NCBI RefSeq assembly: GCF_003704095.1
Contig: NW_020846492.1
Coordinates: 248,001 to 312,000, forward strand
Length of the DNA stretch: 64,000 bases
Source of the DNA: Pocillopora damicornis
Taxonomy: Eukaryota
Direction of reading: 5' to 3'
Under the pieces are notes generated by a model, which saw only the letters and a list, made by a program, of their open reading frames with translations, made no database searches and was not told where the DNA came from. Of this stretch, positions 38,301 through 50,767 are shown one piece after another (within the stretch, counting starts at the first letter, position 1; the number at the start of each line of letters is the position of its first letter). The translations under genes were made by a program, and so were the position numbers.

Positions 38301-41221
38301 TCTTACAAACCTTGCTTTTTTGTTTTATACTGAAACCTCATTTTTTCAATCAGATTTTTGACTTGTTCATTTCATGCTTGGGCCATAAATCCCAGCAAAA
38401 AAATTGGTCCATCACTTACTTGGACTTTGACCTTGGTTAGTAAAAGGAATTTGTTAGATCTGCAGCTCACCAAGAAATTATCAATCACGGTATACAGTAC
38501 TGTTGTTATAGAAGGTGGAAATTACAAAATCGATAATGAAGATTTTACTACTGAACACAGTAAACAGTCAGGTGAACAAACCTAAATGTGTATTAACAAA
38601 TGCTAATACTCCATACAGTAGCCAGGGTGTAGGGGTGATCTTACTGTTGGTCACCCCTGATTCATCAGCCTTTGTTAATACTGTCAGGAGGGTCTCTAAC
38701 AAGTGACTAAAAGGGAATCTTGCAGATTGGTCTGCTATTGATGGTAGCAAAAAACAGATGATTTGCTCTGTCATTTCTGGACAAAGAATGTCAGAAATGA
38801 GTGCTGAAAATACTGCATGCCTGAAAAAACCAAAAATAGAAATTAATTAATTTTTGTCTGGCTTATTTTCATCTCTTAAAATTTCTTTCAGATAAAAACA
38901 TTTCTTGATTGAATTTCTTTTTATGTGTCAAGGTTCAATTTTTATTCAGAGCTAAAATGTTTCCTAACCAGTTACACTTTTCTTTTTCTTTTCTCTATAA
39001 TTCAGTAAAACAAATGACAATAAAAATATTTTAAAAGTTTTAAGATAAGAACAAATTGAACCACAGCAGATTAAGTCATAATTATATGATCAATACAATA
39101 ATCTATGTTAACTTTTGCATAACATTATTTTTTGCAAACTCTCTAACTTTTATAATTTTCCCAAATAAATGCTGGGAACCAGTAGCAAGATTAACTTAAA
39201 ATTTGAAGAAGCTGGGTAGCTCTCAGTTGGTGTCATGAAGGAGAGGAAAACAGTACAGAAATGCATAGGAGGAAAATAAAATTTACCTATCATTTGCAGT
39301 AAATGCAGATTCTTCTCCACTTCTGGACTGGCTGCTGAAGTAAAGTGGGTTCATCACCAGGTCTCTGATAGCAGCAGCCATTGGAGTAGGGGGGACAGTA
39401 GATGGCTCTAAGCTGGATGGAACTTTGGCATTCAGCAGAACACGCAAATATCTAAAATATCCTGGTAATGGGATACATGAAATGTAATAATATTTAGAAG
39501 GGATCTTCAGCAGACTACACAAATTAATGTAGTTATGCATACATTCATGTACATAAATACAAACTGACACACACATGAAAAATGAAATTAAACATGTACA
39601 TGCAAAAAAGGTGAATTTGAGAAAGTCAACATAGAAGTGATTTTTAGACATAATAATAATAATATTAATCCCTCACATGACAAATAAATGATACACTTCA
39701 GCCCAATAATAGTAAAGAACTGTATGAAAAAGAGTCCTGGAAATAAAAGACCACATCTAACAGGGGTCACTGAATAATACTTTTTAAGTTCATAATTATA
39801 AAATTGACATTAAGCAAAAGAAGTACAGTACACAGTCTGTGAGAAACTGCTGTGTAACATAAACGTCTTGCCTAGGGTTATACATCTGTAGTTACCATTT
39901 CTGACAAGGTAAACTGTCACCATTGCGGCATCCTTTCTACTTCTGGCAGGATCATTAGGATTATAGTATGAATTATGGGAGGTGAAAACTTCCAACATAC
40001 GCAGCTGAATAGCAAAAGCTTTAGAATCTCTGATTGATGTCTCTAGTGATCTGTGGAGATAACTTTCATCATTTCTCTGAATTTCCTCTGCAATGCAAAT
40101 ACTATCCAGTGGTCAAAACAAAATATTGTTTAAAAGCAGAAGATGGAGAGAGGGAAAGGTACAAATTCCATGAAAAGATGCTGAGAAAATATATCTGAAA
40201 AGGAAATTTGTATTCAAATCTTATCAATAAATGGGTCTCTACAAATAAGTGATAACAGTCTGAACATTACTTACTGCTGTTAGAATATTCAAATAAAGGT
40301 ATATTAAAATTGTTCTTGATTTTCAGGGGAAGCCAGGGGTTCCCATAACTTTTTCCATAAGCAGCTGGCAATGATGTAAAAGGCACCTGTGCCTAGAAAA
40401 GGAATGTAAGGCCAAACCCAAATACCAGAGTCTGGTGTGAAGCTAAACAGACCTTGGTATGAGGTTTTATAGGCAGTGGTAGACCCCTGTTATGTGGTTT
40501 TTTAATGAAACCCCTACAGAAGCCCATGATGACTAAACCAGGCAAAAAATCATATATCCAAGATAGTACTTAGGTTTATAGAAGGACCAAAGTTAGTCTG
40601 ATACTAAGCAAGCCCAGTCATTTCTTTATTGTAAAAGCTCAATTATCATGACCCTCTCTTATGGCTCAAAAACAAACAGCATTCATTGCTTATTTTTACT
40701 TACTTTTATGTTTCATGGGATTGGATAATAAATAACAGAAGGTTGGTGCTTTTGAAGCATTCTGAAGAAGAGGTTAAGAAAGGGAATTAAAGGAAAAGAT
40801 ATGGACATTCTAATTTACCTGCTACAGATCAAGAGAAGGCATTTGATGTTATGAAGCCAAATTTGATGATCACTTGTTTGTAACTTTTGCACAGTATTTC
40901 CATTCTTTAACAGAAACTGGCACATCCAAATCTGAAAGAAAAGAAAGAAAATGATTACACTGTTTATAGCTAATGTTGTTTAACTATCCATTGCAAGATG
41001 TCAATAGTAATTCTCTTTACTGTCTGCCATACAATTCTTATGACGTTATTTTTAAGAATTTTGTATTGAATCAACTAATAATCTCCTAATTGATTATTCA
41101 TCATCATTCTCATCAGAGCTCTGATGGAGGGCTAAAGCTCGAAACGTCAGCTTTTTTACCCTTTTTACGGTGGCTAATTAACGTTTTCAACTCAGTTGTT
41201 AACACTAAATTACCTGCTATA

Positions 41222-41266
<45 letters not shown>

Positions 41267-42886
41267 TTTAAATATGTCTAGATTTACTACAATTCATAAC
41301 ATTAATTGTAACAAATTGAGTTACATGGTTAGGCTTATCATTTTTTTTTTACCAGTCTCTCTTTGTCCTTGGAGTCAGAATGAAAGAAAAGAAGCTTTCT
41401 TAGTATATTTCTAATGACATCTGCTGTTGGAGTATCTTTGGATCCTTCTAATGAGCTGACTGCCTTATCAAATGAAATTCTCTGAAGCTCATACTGAAAG
41501 AAAAGAAAGGGATAAAAAACAGATATCACATGCAATCATACTTCTACATGTGCACAGAAGATTACATTCTTTCAAGACCCTTGTTGTCCTGCTTTAACTA
41601 AATCTCACATATCAAATTATACTAGTTAACCCTTTAACCCCTAAGAGTGATTAGCAACTAATTTCTCCTATCAGGATCACCCCTAAAACAAACACTGAGG
41701 TCATGAGAAAAAAAGGAATGATCACCAGCCATAGAAGTTCTTGATTGCTAAACAAATTCTCTTTGTCAATACCATGGGAAATGTATAGAGAACAATATGG
41801 AGAATATACACACTGATGTTAGGGTGTAAAGGGTTAAATAAATTAGAACTGATTAGAAGCCATACCTGTTGATGTCTCACCCTCTCTCCACGGAGAAAAG
41901 ACTGAATTACGATAACACTTGCAGTTTTGCGACGCAGATCCTGGGATCCAATAAACAGAAATACAGTTATTATCTAAATCTCTTGTCTCAGGTACTGCAC
42001 ATTAATAATCCTGGAAAAAAATCACCAAATATCCTTATACTTTACCTCTCTTTTCTGTCTTTCTGCTTGAGTTCTTTGAATTAAGGAGGATCTTTGTTCC
42101 TACAAGTATTACAAGTACTGGTAAAGCTTTTAAGAATTTAGCCCCAAAGTGTCAAAATGTTTTCTCACTGATGATCATATTGTTGACTGGTTGTTAGATC
42201 TATTATAATTGATTTCCCAAATTAACAAACAAATTCTGAGTTGTTGTGTCTGTTCGGTAATAAATTAAAATGATGTCAAAATATGGTAAGAACAAAAAGT
42301 GGCACATGAGGTACAGCCGAGTGTGTCACGGATGTTCTTCCCACACAGTGACGTCTTCTGTGATTCATTACTGAACAGACCCACAAAGACATAGCATGCA
42401 TTTGTTTTATATGATTAAAAAGAAAAATTTTGTTAATGGTGAGGTCATCTATGTGTCTGTCCTCCAATAGATCATAAGTAAGAACCAACCAAAATGCGTA
42501 TATAATTCAGCTTATAATGTAATGCAACACAGACACTAGTTTAGCTGCCAACTAACGCTGACTATGAAAGTAAATCACAGAATGTCTTTGTACGTGTTCC
42601 AACATGTTACACCATACAATACTACTCGATCTGTCAAAACGTGCTAACAATTATAAGAGCTCTTTCAGCGATAAAGACTGTAGGAAAGTTAGGTGACAGA
42701 GCAGAATGATTCCATCACAATTCACTTTTACAATTTTGTGGTAATAGACAAAAGTCTACTAACAAATGACATTTCTGTATGATATACTACTTGTAACTAT
42801 AAAACCAACGGGAACGTTACCTTTTTACTTGCACCTCCGAGTGAAACAGCCCTCCTACTTTTGTACTGTCCATCAAAAGAAAACAT
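27369..42886 (-). CDS. UBE3C: Ubiquitin-protein ligase E3C (IQ motif + HECT domain), ~29 exons
   Basis: First exon 42886-42821 reads [22 protein letters not shown]. It is followed by [18 protein letters not shown] and the IQ motif IVIQSFLRG (41940-41866). HECT exons include [29 protein letters not shown]. The last exon reads [31 protein letters not shown] and carries the catalytic Cys. Confidence 0.95.
27720..27803 (-). mobile_element. tRNA-derived SINE fragment in the last UBE3C intron
   Basis: Minus strand reads gggagcagggatgacgcagtgttagagcgcttgcctttcac..cctgggttcgattc (A and B boxes). Confidence 0.55.
29257..29300 (+). repeat. 44-nt poly-G run in a UBE3C intron
   Basis: Homopolymer read directly from the sequence. 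Confidence 0.9.
31073..31319. mobile_element. Palindromic Penelope-type/retrozyme-like repeat with 14-bp TSD and degenerate hammerhead motif
   Basis: Inverted arms ~31077-31150 and ~31185-31256. TSD aggtaatgagagta at 31059-31072 and 31320-31333. A second, single-arm copy lies at 41119-41270. Confidence 0.7.
32245..32455. mobile_element. piggyBac-like MITE (TTAA-CCCTTT...AAAGGG-TTAA), representative copy
   Basis: TTAA target-site duplication plus TIR. Related ~200-bp copies lie at ~1383-1587, 5276-5658, 13047-13469, 13748-13959, 22145-22355, 28625-28841, 29714-29925, 41626-41837, 44138-44476 and 45265 (partial). Confidence 0.85.
34557..35020. mobile_element. MITE with GAGGGG TIRs, AAACCG subterminal repeats and 6-bp TSD
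   Basis: gaggggtcattggg ... cccaatactcccctc, flanked on both sides by acttag. Many aaaccg units. Confidence 0.75.
41626..41837. mobile_element. piggyBac-like MITE in a UBE3C intron
   Basis: ttaacccttt...aaagggttaa termini. Closely similar to the copy at 28625-28841. Confidence 0.85.
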
Positions 42887-43062
42887 CGTAAAAGGGATTT
42901 TAAAAATATAAGCAGTTTACACTGAAAACGAAAATTTTCTGAAGTCGCAAATAGATGTTGTCATTATTTAACTATGCAGCCGCGCATGTGACTGTGCAAG
43001 TGGGTAATCGGTAACCAAGCCTTCGAAACTCCGCGAGGAAGCTCTTTTTAATTTATTCCAAA
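42887..43062. promoter_or_regulatory. Very compact bidirectional promoter region (UBE3C / GST)
   Basis: Only 176 bp separate the two ATGs. There is a gcgcatgtg NRF1-like element near 42982 and an aaaATGGCG (YY1-like) context at the GST start. Confidence 0.6.
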
Positions 43063-45806
43063 ATGGCGGAAAGATGGAGCCTGCAACTCACTTTCGCCTT
43101 AATTGCTTTAATAGCTGCTATCTTCTACAGTGGTAAAGCACAGTTCGTTTTTAATAAGATAAATCAGATTATTCATGGAAAGAGAGGCTGTTCTCCAATT
43201 GCAAGTATAGGCCAGGTGACGCTGCATTATTTTGGAACAAGAGGACGCGCCGAGGGTATACGACTGATAATGGAAGGTTCTGAAATACAATACTCAGAGA
43301 CTAATTTTTCTAAGGCGGATTGGCCGGTAATTAAAGAAAAAGGAATAGAAACAGGCCTGTTTACTTTTGGTCAAGGTAAGAGAGAAGAGGTGCTTGAAAT
43401 ATTAGCGCAATATCTCTATTTGGTGACCTTCTTCAAATGTTAGAAACACCTTTCATTTACATGATGTTTTAAGACTTTTAATCACGCAAGTTGTAAAGGT
43501 TTGAAAGCCGAAATAATCAATTATAGTAAAACAAAACGTAGTGCTTAATCTGGAAATATTACAACATTTTTTTAGAATAACTTTTCTAGATTCATTTTTT
43601 CATCTACTTTTTCCCTCATTTACTCAGTAGATTTTTTGTGCAGGATTTTAGCTTATCAAATTTCGCCGAGGCGTCAAACAGGTGTTTACTCACCATGAAA
43701 TATTCATGACTCAAAGTTAAAATATTAGAAGTTGCTTGTTTGAAACTTGCTGGTAGTTTCTTTGGAAATCCTTCCTTTTTTTCTCTTAATGCAAAAATAC
43801 AGAGATCTTGGAAATAACAATTTTGTCAAAGTTGTAAAAGAAGTTGAGACTTTCATGAAATGGTTACCTATTTCATTAATTCCATTTTTGTATTTTCAGA
43901 TACCCTATTTACATCATAGAAAATGAATATTATCCTACTAGATTTTCATGAGATGACTATATGCAAAATATGCAAATATGTCAGAAGTAAAGTGAAATAT
44001 TAACAGTTTATTTTTCTCTAGTTCCAGCTATTACTACTACTACGGGATTACAACTTGTTCAGAGTAAAGGTGTGTGTTTGCAACCTTTTGTTTCTTTATG
44101 GTGGGAAATTTTAGTCCATTTAGTTTCCTGAAATAGTTTAACCCTTTACACCCTAACATCATTATATATGCATATTCTCTACACTGTTCTCTATACATTT
44201 CCTAAGGTGCTGACTAGGAGAATTTGTTCAACAATCAAGAGATTCTTGAGTTGGAAATCATTTCTTTTATTCTCATGACAACTTTCTCATATTTGACAAC
44301 TAAACTGTACACTACTCTCAAAGGAAGAGTTAGTTAATTGATATACATTAAGGTTGAGTTGATAATGAGTCAGTTAAACAATCCCAAGATCTGATTGTTA
44401 ATTCTCCCCTCTAGCTGCCATTTATTTCCTGGTAAAATAAGTTTCTTGTTAATCGCTATTGGGATTTAAGGGTTAAATAAGACCAATTATAATGGAAAGC
44501 TTAGTAAATTGCTAGTAATGTTGTTTGTATTTGTTTCATATATTTTAGTAATTATGCATCATATTGGCCGGTCAGTGGGTCTTGATTGTGACTGTTCAGA
44601 CATTCATATTTGTGAAACCCTGGTGTTTGGTGCAGGTAATTTGCATATAATGTCCTAATTCCCTTGGGGTAATAAACTCTGGGATTTTTTATGTAGAAAA
44701 GTATTGATTTGGAATTAGGAAATCTAAAGAATGAGAGGAAATAAAAAAAAAAACGTTGTGCCACCTTCTCAGTTAATAACTGTATACTGATGAACTTATG
44801 GAAGCATTTGTGAACTGAGGAAGGCATGTTTCCTGATTTTCACATTTTCACATTTCCAGACTAACAAGTTAAGATAAATGTGAGTTAGGTAAAGATTCAT
44901 CTGTATATTTCCAAATTTCCAGAGTATTAAGTTAAGATACATTTGAGTATTTAGCTGATCATACTTCACACATTCTCACATTTCAAGGTTACTCTAAGGT
45001 GATTCATGTTATGTGCAGCACATTTCATTGTGATGATGTAATCTGAGCTCCTCTGCCCCAAGTAAAACGATTAATGAAGCATGGGCCAAGATACCTTAAA
45101 CTGCAGAGAGATTTAAAAATATTGCTATTATTATCATTTTCAAATTACATTTGAAAGTTTAAAAGGGTGAAGATAGTATTAATCTTTAAGATGATAACTT
45201 TAATGTTTTGAACTCTCTTTGCTAGACAGTAGGGAGATGCTAGAGAAAGTTTGCACTTTCTTAATTAACCCTTTAACTCCCAAGATCTCATTGGTAATTC
45301 TCCTAACTGTCTGTCATACAGTTCTTGTAATGTTAGTTTGGAGAATTTGGTGTTGGATTATTATTATCATCACCATTGACTCCATTATCAGAATATATTA
45401 CATTACTAATTTGATTTCTTGTGTTTCAGAGGATTTGAGAGCAAAGCTTGGCCCAGTCCTCTATAATCCAGAATTCTCTGCCAAGTTACGGGATGATCAC
45501 ATCCAATCAGTTGTGTACACTTGGTTGTCATATTTTGAAAAGCTTGCCCCTGTTGAAGACAACAGCACTGATGCCGATGGATTGTTCTTTGCTAGCAATC
45601 GAATGACGTGGGTGGACTATGTCATGTTTGATCTCCTAGATACTTATGTTGAGTTTGGAAGACTTAACTTTGGAGATGATGAAGCACCTACAATAGATGT
45701 TTTGGAAAATTTTCCAAAGCTTAAGGCATTTTATGAGTATTTTGCTGGCAGATCTAATATTGCAAAGTATCTTAAAGCTGAGAGAAGAGTTCCATTTAGG
45801 CTGTGA
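43063..45806 (+). CDS. Glutathione S-transferase (Tyr-type, sigma/pi/mu-like) with N-terminal signal/anchor extension, ~274 aa, 4 exons
   Basis: Exons 43063-43375, 44022-44069, 44549-44635 and 45430-45806. Motifs: LHYFGTRGRAEGIRL, FGQVP, LVQS..IMHHIGR, MTWVDY..FD, FPKL.AF....RSNIAKYL. Confidence 0.92.
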
Positions 45807-47076
45807 TTTAAAAGAAATCTCTGAGTCACCTTAGAATCATTGTAAGAAGGATTTTGAGATAATCCACAATTTTTAGATGGTTGCTAAAGTATATTATTTA
45901 TTTGGCAATACCTCCATATTGCATATGTTATGGACCGCTGAGGTTGTTTTTAGAATAAAGTACCTGTACTCTCTGTAATTTAGAGGCAACATTTTGAAAG
46001 AGAAAAAACAGAAAAAAAGAGCTTGTCAAAAAAAATTGTAAGTTTGTAAACAATGAAAAGTTAGTGTAGTTGCAGTTCTTGTATTTTGCACCAATGCCAG
46101 AGACAAACATTTGCATGTAAGACCTACACATGTCTATTTATATGATATTTCTGGGCTTTATTAGGTATGTTAGGTAGAAACATTTATGTTAAATATTGTA
46201 TTATCTACTATTGATGATTGGTGGTCCCTTTTTGGATACTAAACAATGTTTTGATATTTTTAGGGTTTGCACATAAAGTTGTAAGTTGTAACTTTTTCGA
46301 TAGCATCTTAATATTGAAATAAAAATGCGTCCTACTATCAAAGATTTGCTAATCAATAGGTCAGAGTTTTAGTCCAGGTTAAGTTTACAATGCAGTGAAA
46401 AATTTCCTTTTAACAGTTACCTCCGTGTCAAAGTTAGCTTACTTCTTTTAAAACGAAATCAACTGCAGTGTGGTACTGCATTAGTTTTCTATCTGACAAG
46501 TTTGCAAACATCGTTTGCAAAAAGTTGCAAAGTGTTTACTATGAGGCAAACTGCGGGCGCAAGTGACGCAATGGTTCCTGCTTAAATCTCATTGGCCGTT
46601 TTTTTGCCCGCGCGCTTTTCGTTGATTGTTTTGTCACAAAACGTGTGTTTTTCTGAACAAGAATCATTCACTCACGCTTGACAATTTGCGAAACACGGAA
46701 TTTGTTGACTTAAGAAAGATTGGGATTCTACCATTGTTTGAAAGCATGTCGAGGAAACACCGAAGATCATAGTGAACGAAAGTTTAACAGCCGAAAAGTG
46801 TTATTTCTGTGCGCAGACTGTTGACAATCACAAAGTGGATCAGACAGACCGAAGTGCGACGGAAGATGCGACGCCCTGTGTAGTGAACTAATTGAAGACA
46901 ACTAACCTGCAGAAGTTGAAAAACTTGCGAAGTGAGGTGGAGTTGCTTGGCCACAAACCACATTCACAATGTAGAAAAGTTGTTTGCTCACCCGAAAGAA
47001 CTTTGAATATAAAATTTGCTGGATGGGATGCAAACACGTTCGTGGAACTTCGCAATCGATCCGTGCAATTTGGCGT

Positions 47077-47176
47077 NNNNNNNNNNNNNNNNNNNNNNNN
47101 NNNNNNNNNNNNNNNNNNNNNNNNNNNNNNNNNNNNNNNNNNNNNNNNNNNNNNNNNNNNNNNNNNNNNNNNNNNN
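47077..47176. other. Assembly gap (100 N)
   Basis: Run of N. Confidence 1.
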
Positions 47177-50100
47177 TGTTGTTGATGAGTCGGTCGAAAA
47201 GCGCTAATGTAACGGATCAATCAAAACATGAGTTGAGCACAATACTAAGAATTTTATTTCACAGTTCCTCACTCCGTTTTTACACATCCACCACTACTTT
47301 CAAACGATAGAAAAAGTAATTGGTACTATTTTTTTTATACTCTACCACATGTATAGACACTTTCATTTAAATAGCGCTTGTATTCGGGCTTTTGCACAAG
47401 ATAAAATTGTTTCCGCGTCAAAGAGTGCATTTATCAACCAGAAAGTCGAACTATTGTTTCTTAAAAAGACTCTCATAACAACATTCTTTTATCCCTTCTT
47501 TCTTCTGTCCTGCACATAATGTAATGAAATCAACGATAGATTTCAACACCAACACTTTTTTTCCCTCCCATCCCTTCAATGACGGTAGTTAGGGCCAATT
47601 TATCTATTACTACCTTATGAAACGTGCTTTTAAATTAATATGCTCATTTTTTTTAAATTGAATTGAAGCTGACAGCAGCGCCTAGCTGATAGCTTTAACA
47701 TTTCAACACGAGCTGCTTGTTTATTCAAAACACATCTTTTTTAGAAACTTTACGCAAATTACGAGAAAAATATATACAAAATTAATCCTCAGGGGTAATG
47801 CATACTGTTATTTGGCCTTTACGGGTTTATGCCGCCCAATATAACAACTTATCCTCTTACACTAGGTGCAAATTAAATGGATTTATTCTTAAACAGGTGC
47901 AGTGTTTGAAGATATGTGCAGTACAACCACTTCCCACTCTCCTCCTCCCCCAAGCCACGGTTAGGGCCCCCCCCCCCCCCCTCCCCATCCCTCGTCGGGA
48001 AAACATAACGTCAGCTTCCGAGGCAGTTTGCAAGACGCTTTTCCTCCCCGCACAAACATCTGCTTGCCCTAGCGCAAAATACGTTTCGGTCATTAAGCCT
48101 CTTATATTTCACAACCTCAAATATACAAATATAGATTCTGAAAAAGACAAGAACGATATGTGATGCCTTCTTTCATTGCAGTCCATTTGATTTGGTATTT
48201 CTTTAGAATGCCTTCGCGGTTGCCAACTTGAATTAAGATTGGAAAGCAGGCGTCTGTGCAGAGTAGAGCAACGAGTTTCCTCAAAGCAACTGCGAAGGAA
48301 ACTAATATGGAGAGCAACATTGTTCAAAATGTAACCGCCATAGATGAGTAACACCAACTCTTGTCTAACTACAATTATATCACCAAAAAAGTAAAATCGA
48401 AAACTTCTCAGTAATCAATTGTGCGCAAATTGAGACAGTTCCATCTCATAAAACATTGGAAATAACAGCTGTCACTTGAATTCTTTATCTAGTAAATTGT
48501 GCGTATCGGCATCTGTGCAAGTTGAGAATCATATTATATCTTCAGTTATATGTAATAGCAGTCATTATAACTCTCTGAGCTCAATCGCTGCAACATTGGA
48601 CTTAATTCTAATGACTGGTGTTCCCGCTGCACGCAAAATGTTGAACCTAGGCCTATCACCCAGAATCACTGAACGCAACATTTCAAACTTACATAGCATA
48701 TTCATGGCATTCAGCAACATGGCCATCTTCGCACCAGAGTCAGATTTGACGCGTAACGGCGCCTGACAGTAAAACTCTAAACCTCTAACATTTTGCGTAA
48801 TTATCATAGTATGTTTTGAAGTCTATAAAATAATATGTAAAATAACTTTTACTGTTATGGAAAAATCCAGGCTGGCTCCATGCAAGTACTCTGTACTATA
48901 GTTCACCTTTGCCACTTGCTTTTTCCTTGCCTCGGAAAAATCTTACAAGTCACAAACAAACGTCCCCCCCTTCCCTCCCTGGTATTATTGAAACGAAACG
49001 TTACGTTACTATGTGCCTGACTTCTAGAATGTTGATAAAACTATTCTTGAAATAACTCATACTTTTTTAAATTGATATAAATCAAACAAATTCAAGTTTA
49101 ATCAATACAGATATCTTACTAACTGAGTTTGCGAGGTCCGTAAACGAGGTTAGTAAAAATGTGTTACATCTCTGGGTTTAAATAGAGAAGGAAGATTCCA
49201 AGTGAAACAAAATAATGAATTCAGTGGAAGTGCAGTGAAATACAGGCCATGATATTGGCCAATCATAGCGCCCCTACCAACTGAGAGATGTAATGAATTC
49301 ATTTCTTTATAACACATAGTTTACTTTCCTCTAATTCGGTCGGCGAAGTAATTTTACTTCGGTGCCTTTTTCTCTGCATGTCTCTTTATCTTATTATAAC
49401 TTTACACGAACTGCACAACTCCATAATTCACATCACCCGAAAACCCAAAGATCACTTCGAATTCTTCGTTGATGGGTCTGGGTTATTTCCTGAAAGGAGA
49501 ATTTATGCGCCTTGTTAAGAAGATAGGAAAAGAACTGATACAGGAGCATGTAAAAAATTTGCTATTAAATAGTTGTTGCTTTTTTCGCTGGCGGTAAATT
49601 ACAGTTATAGATATGAAAAGCTTTTACAGTTTTTCGAACGGGTGGCAAAAAACCAAGTGTTACTCTTTTAATTTTCAAATAAGAAAAAAAAAGTGGAAAA
49701 GGTAAATTGTAATAGATCTTGAGAAATTTTGAGCAACTTCGCTCTAATGTATATGTTTACCTGGTAATGTCGATTGAAAAAAATCAGAAATCAGGAACAA
49801 CTTCTACTGCCCAAGACATCGAACGGCCATTTAATGTGTCCTGGAGGAAATAAATAATTTACCTCTAAAATAACTTCTCATCAATCACAATGTACACACA
49901 GTTTATATTAGAGTAGGGAATGTCCGTCAAGTATCTTTGTTAGAGTTAAAAATTATTGCAATTATATGTTTTGGTTTGGTCTTCGATGTTAATATCTTTT
50001 GCATGCACAACACGACGACTAAGCCAAAACTCTCCCTTTATGTCGAAAACGATGAGCTAAGGTTAAAAGGCAAACGAAAGAAAAAAAAATGTTCACCTTT

Positions 50101-50767
50101 TCGTAGCTGTTAGGGAATAATCGTCATGTATCAAGGTAATTTTAATTACTTTTTTTCTGTTGGAAGGGGCGGGGAAACTTACCAAAATAGAAATATGTAG
50201 CAGAGGGTTTCAGAAAAAAACTGCGTTTCAAGTAAGTGAATCGATAAGTTTTCTACAAGTCCCTCTACTCAAGGAGTTCATGGACCCTTATTATACATAA
50301 TGCCACGTTAGCAATTTTGTTTAAGAAGAAAACTGTTTACCTGTTGCGTGGAATTCCAAGATGAACCATACCTATAGTGTCCATTTGACTTCATTCTGAT
50401 GAAAAAGACGAGTTAATTTCACAATCAACTAATTTGTTTATTCCTATAAGTTTTAAACGAATATCGGGCTTATTTTTTTGCCTTTTGAATAAATGTTTTA
50501 TAAAGTTAAAAGCCTTGTGGTTGACTAAATTTTGGTGATGCGTGAATCCTAAGCTTTTGGAGCATTACTATCCCACGCGGAAGCTGTTTTTTGTTAAGCT
50601 TGCCAAATAACCCCTCAGCACTTGACAGACCGGCCATTTTGACGATTGAGCTTAGGAAAAAGAAGCCGATATGAATTAAGGGTAGTTTGGTAGACAAATA
50701 CTGAAGCCATACTACGGCCACGTTTATTTGCGACATGCCACTGCATTCTGGTTTGTATATCTGAGTT

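Noticed and set aside
45219-45429. Hydrophobic N-terminus of the 195-aa GST ORF
   Set aside because: Intronic MITE sequence; the true exon starts at 45430.
46540-47310. ORFs spanning the N gap (also 62806-63218)
   Set aside because: Lengths are inflated by N runs and no motifs were recognised. The flanks may be transposon remnants.
48100-48807. Possible decayed LINE reverse-transcriptase fragment (minus strand, NDMILN..C-like)
   Set aside because: Too degenerate to support without a search.
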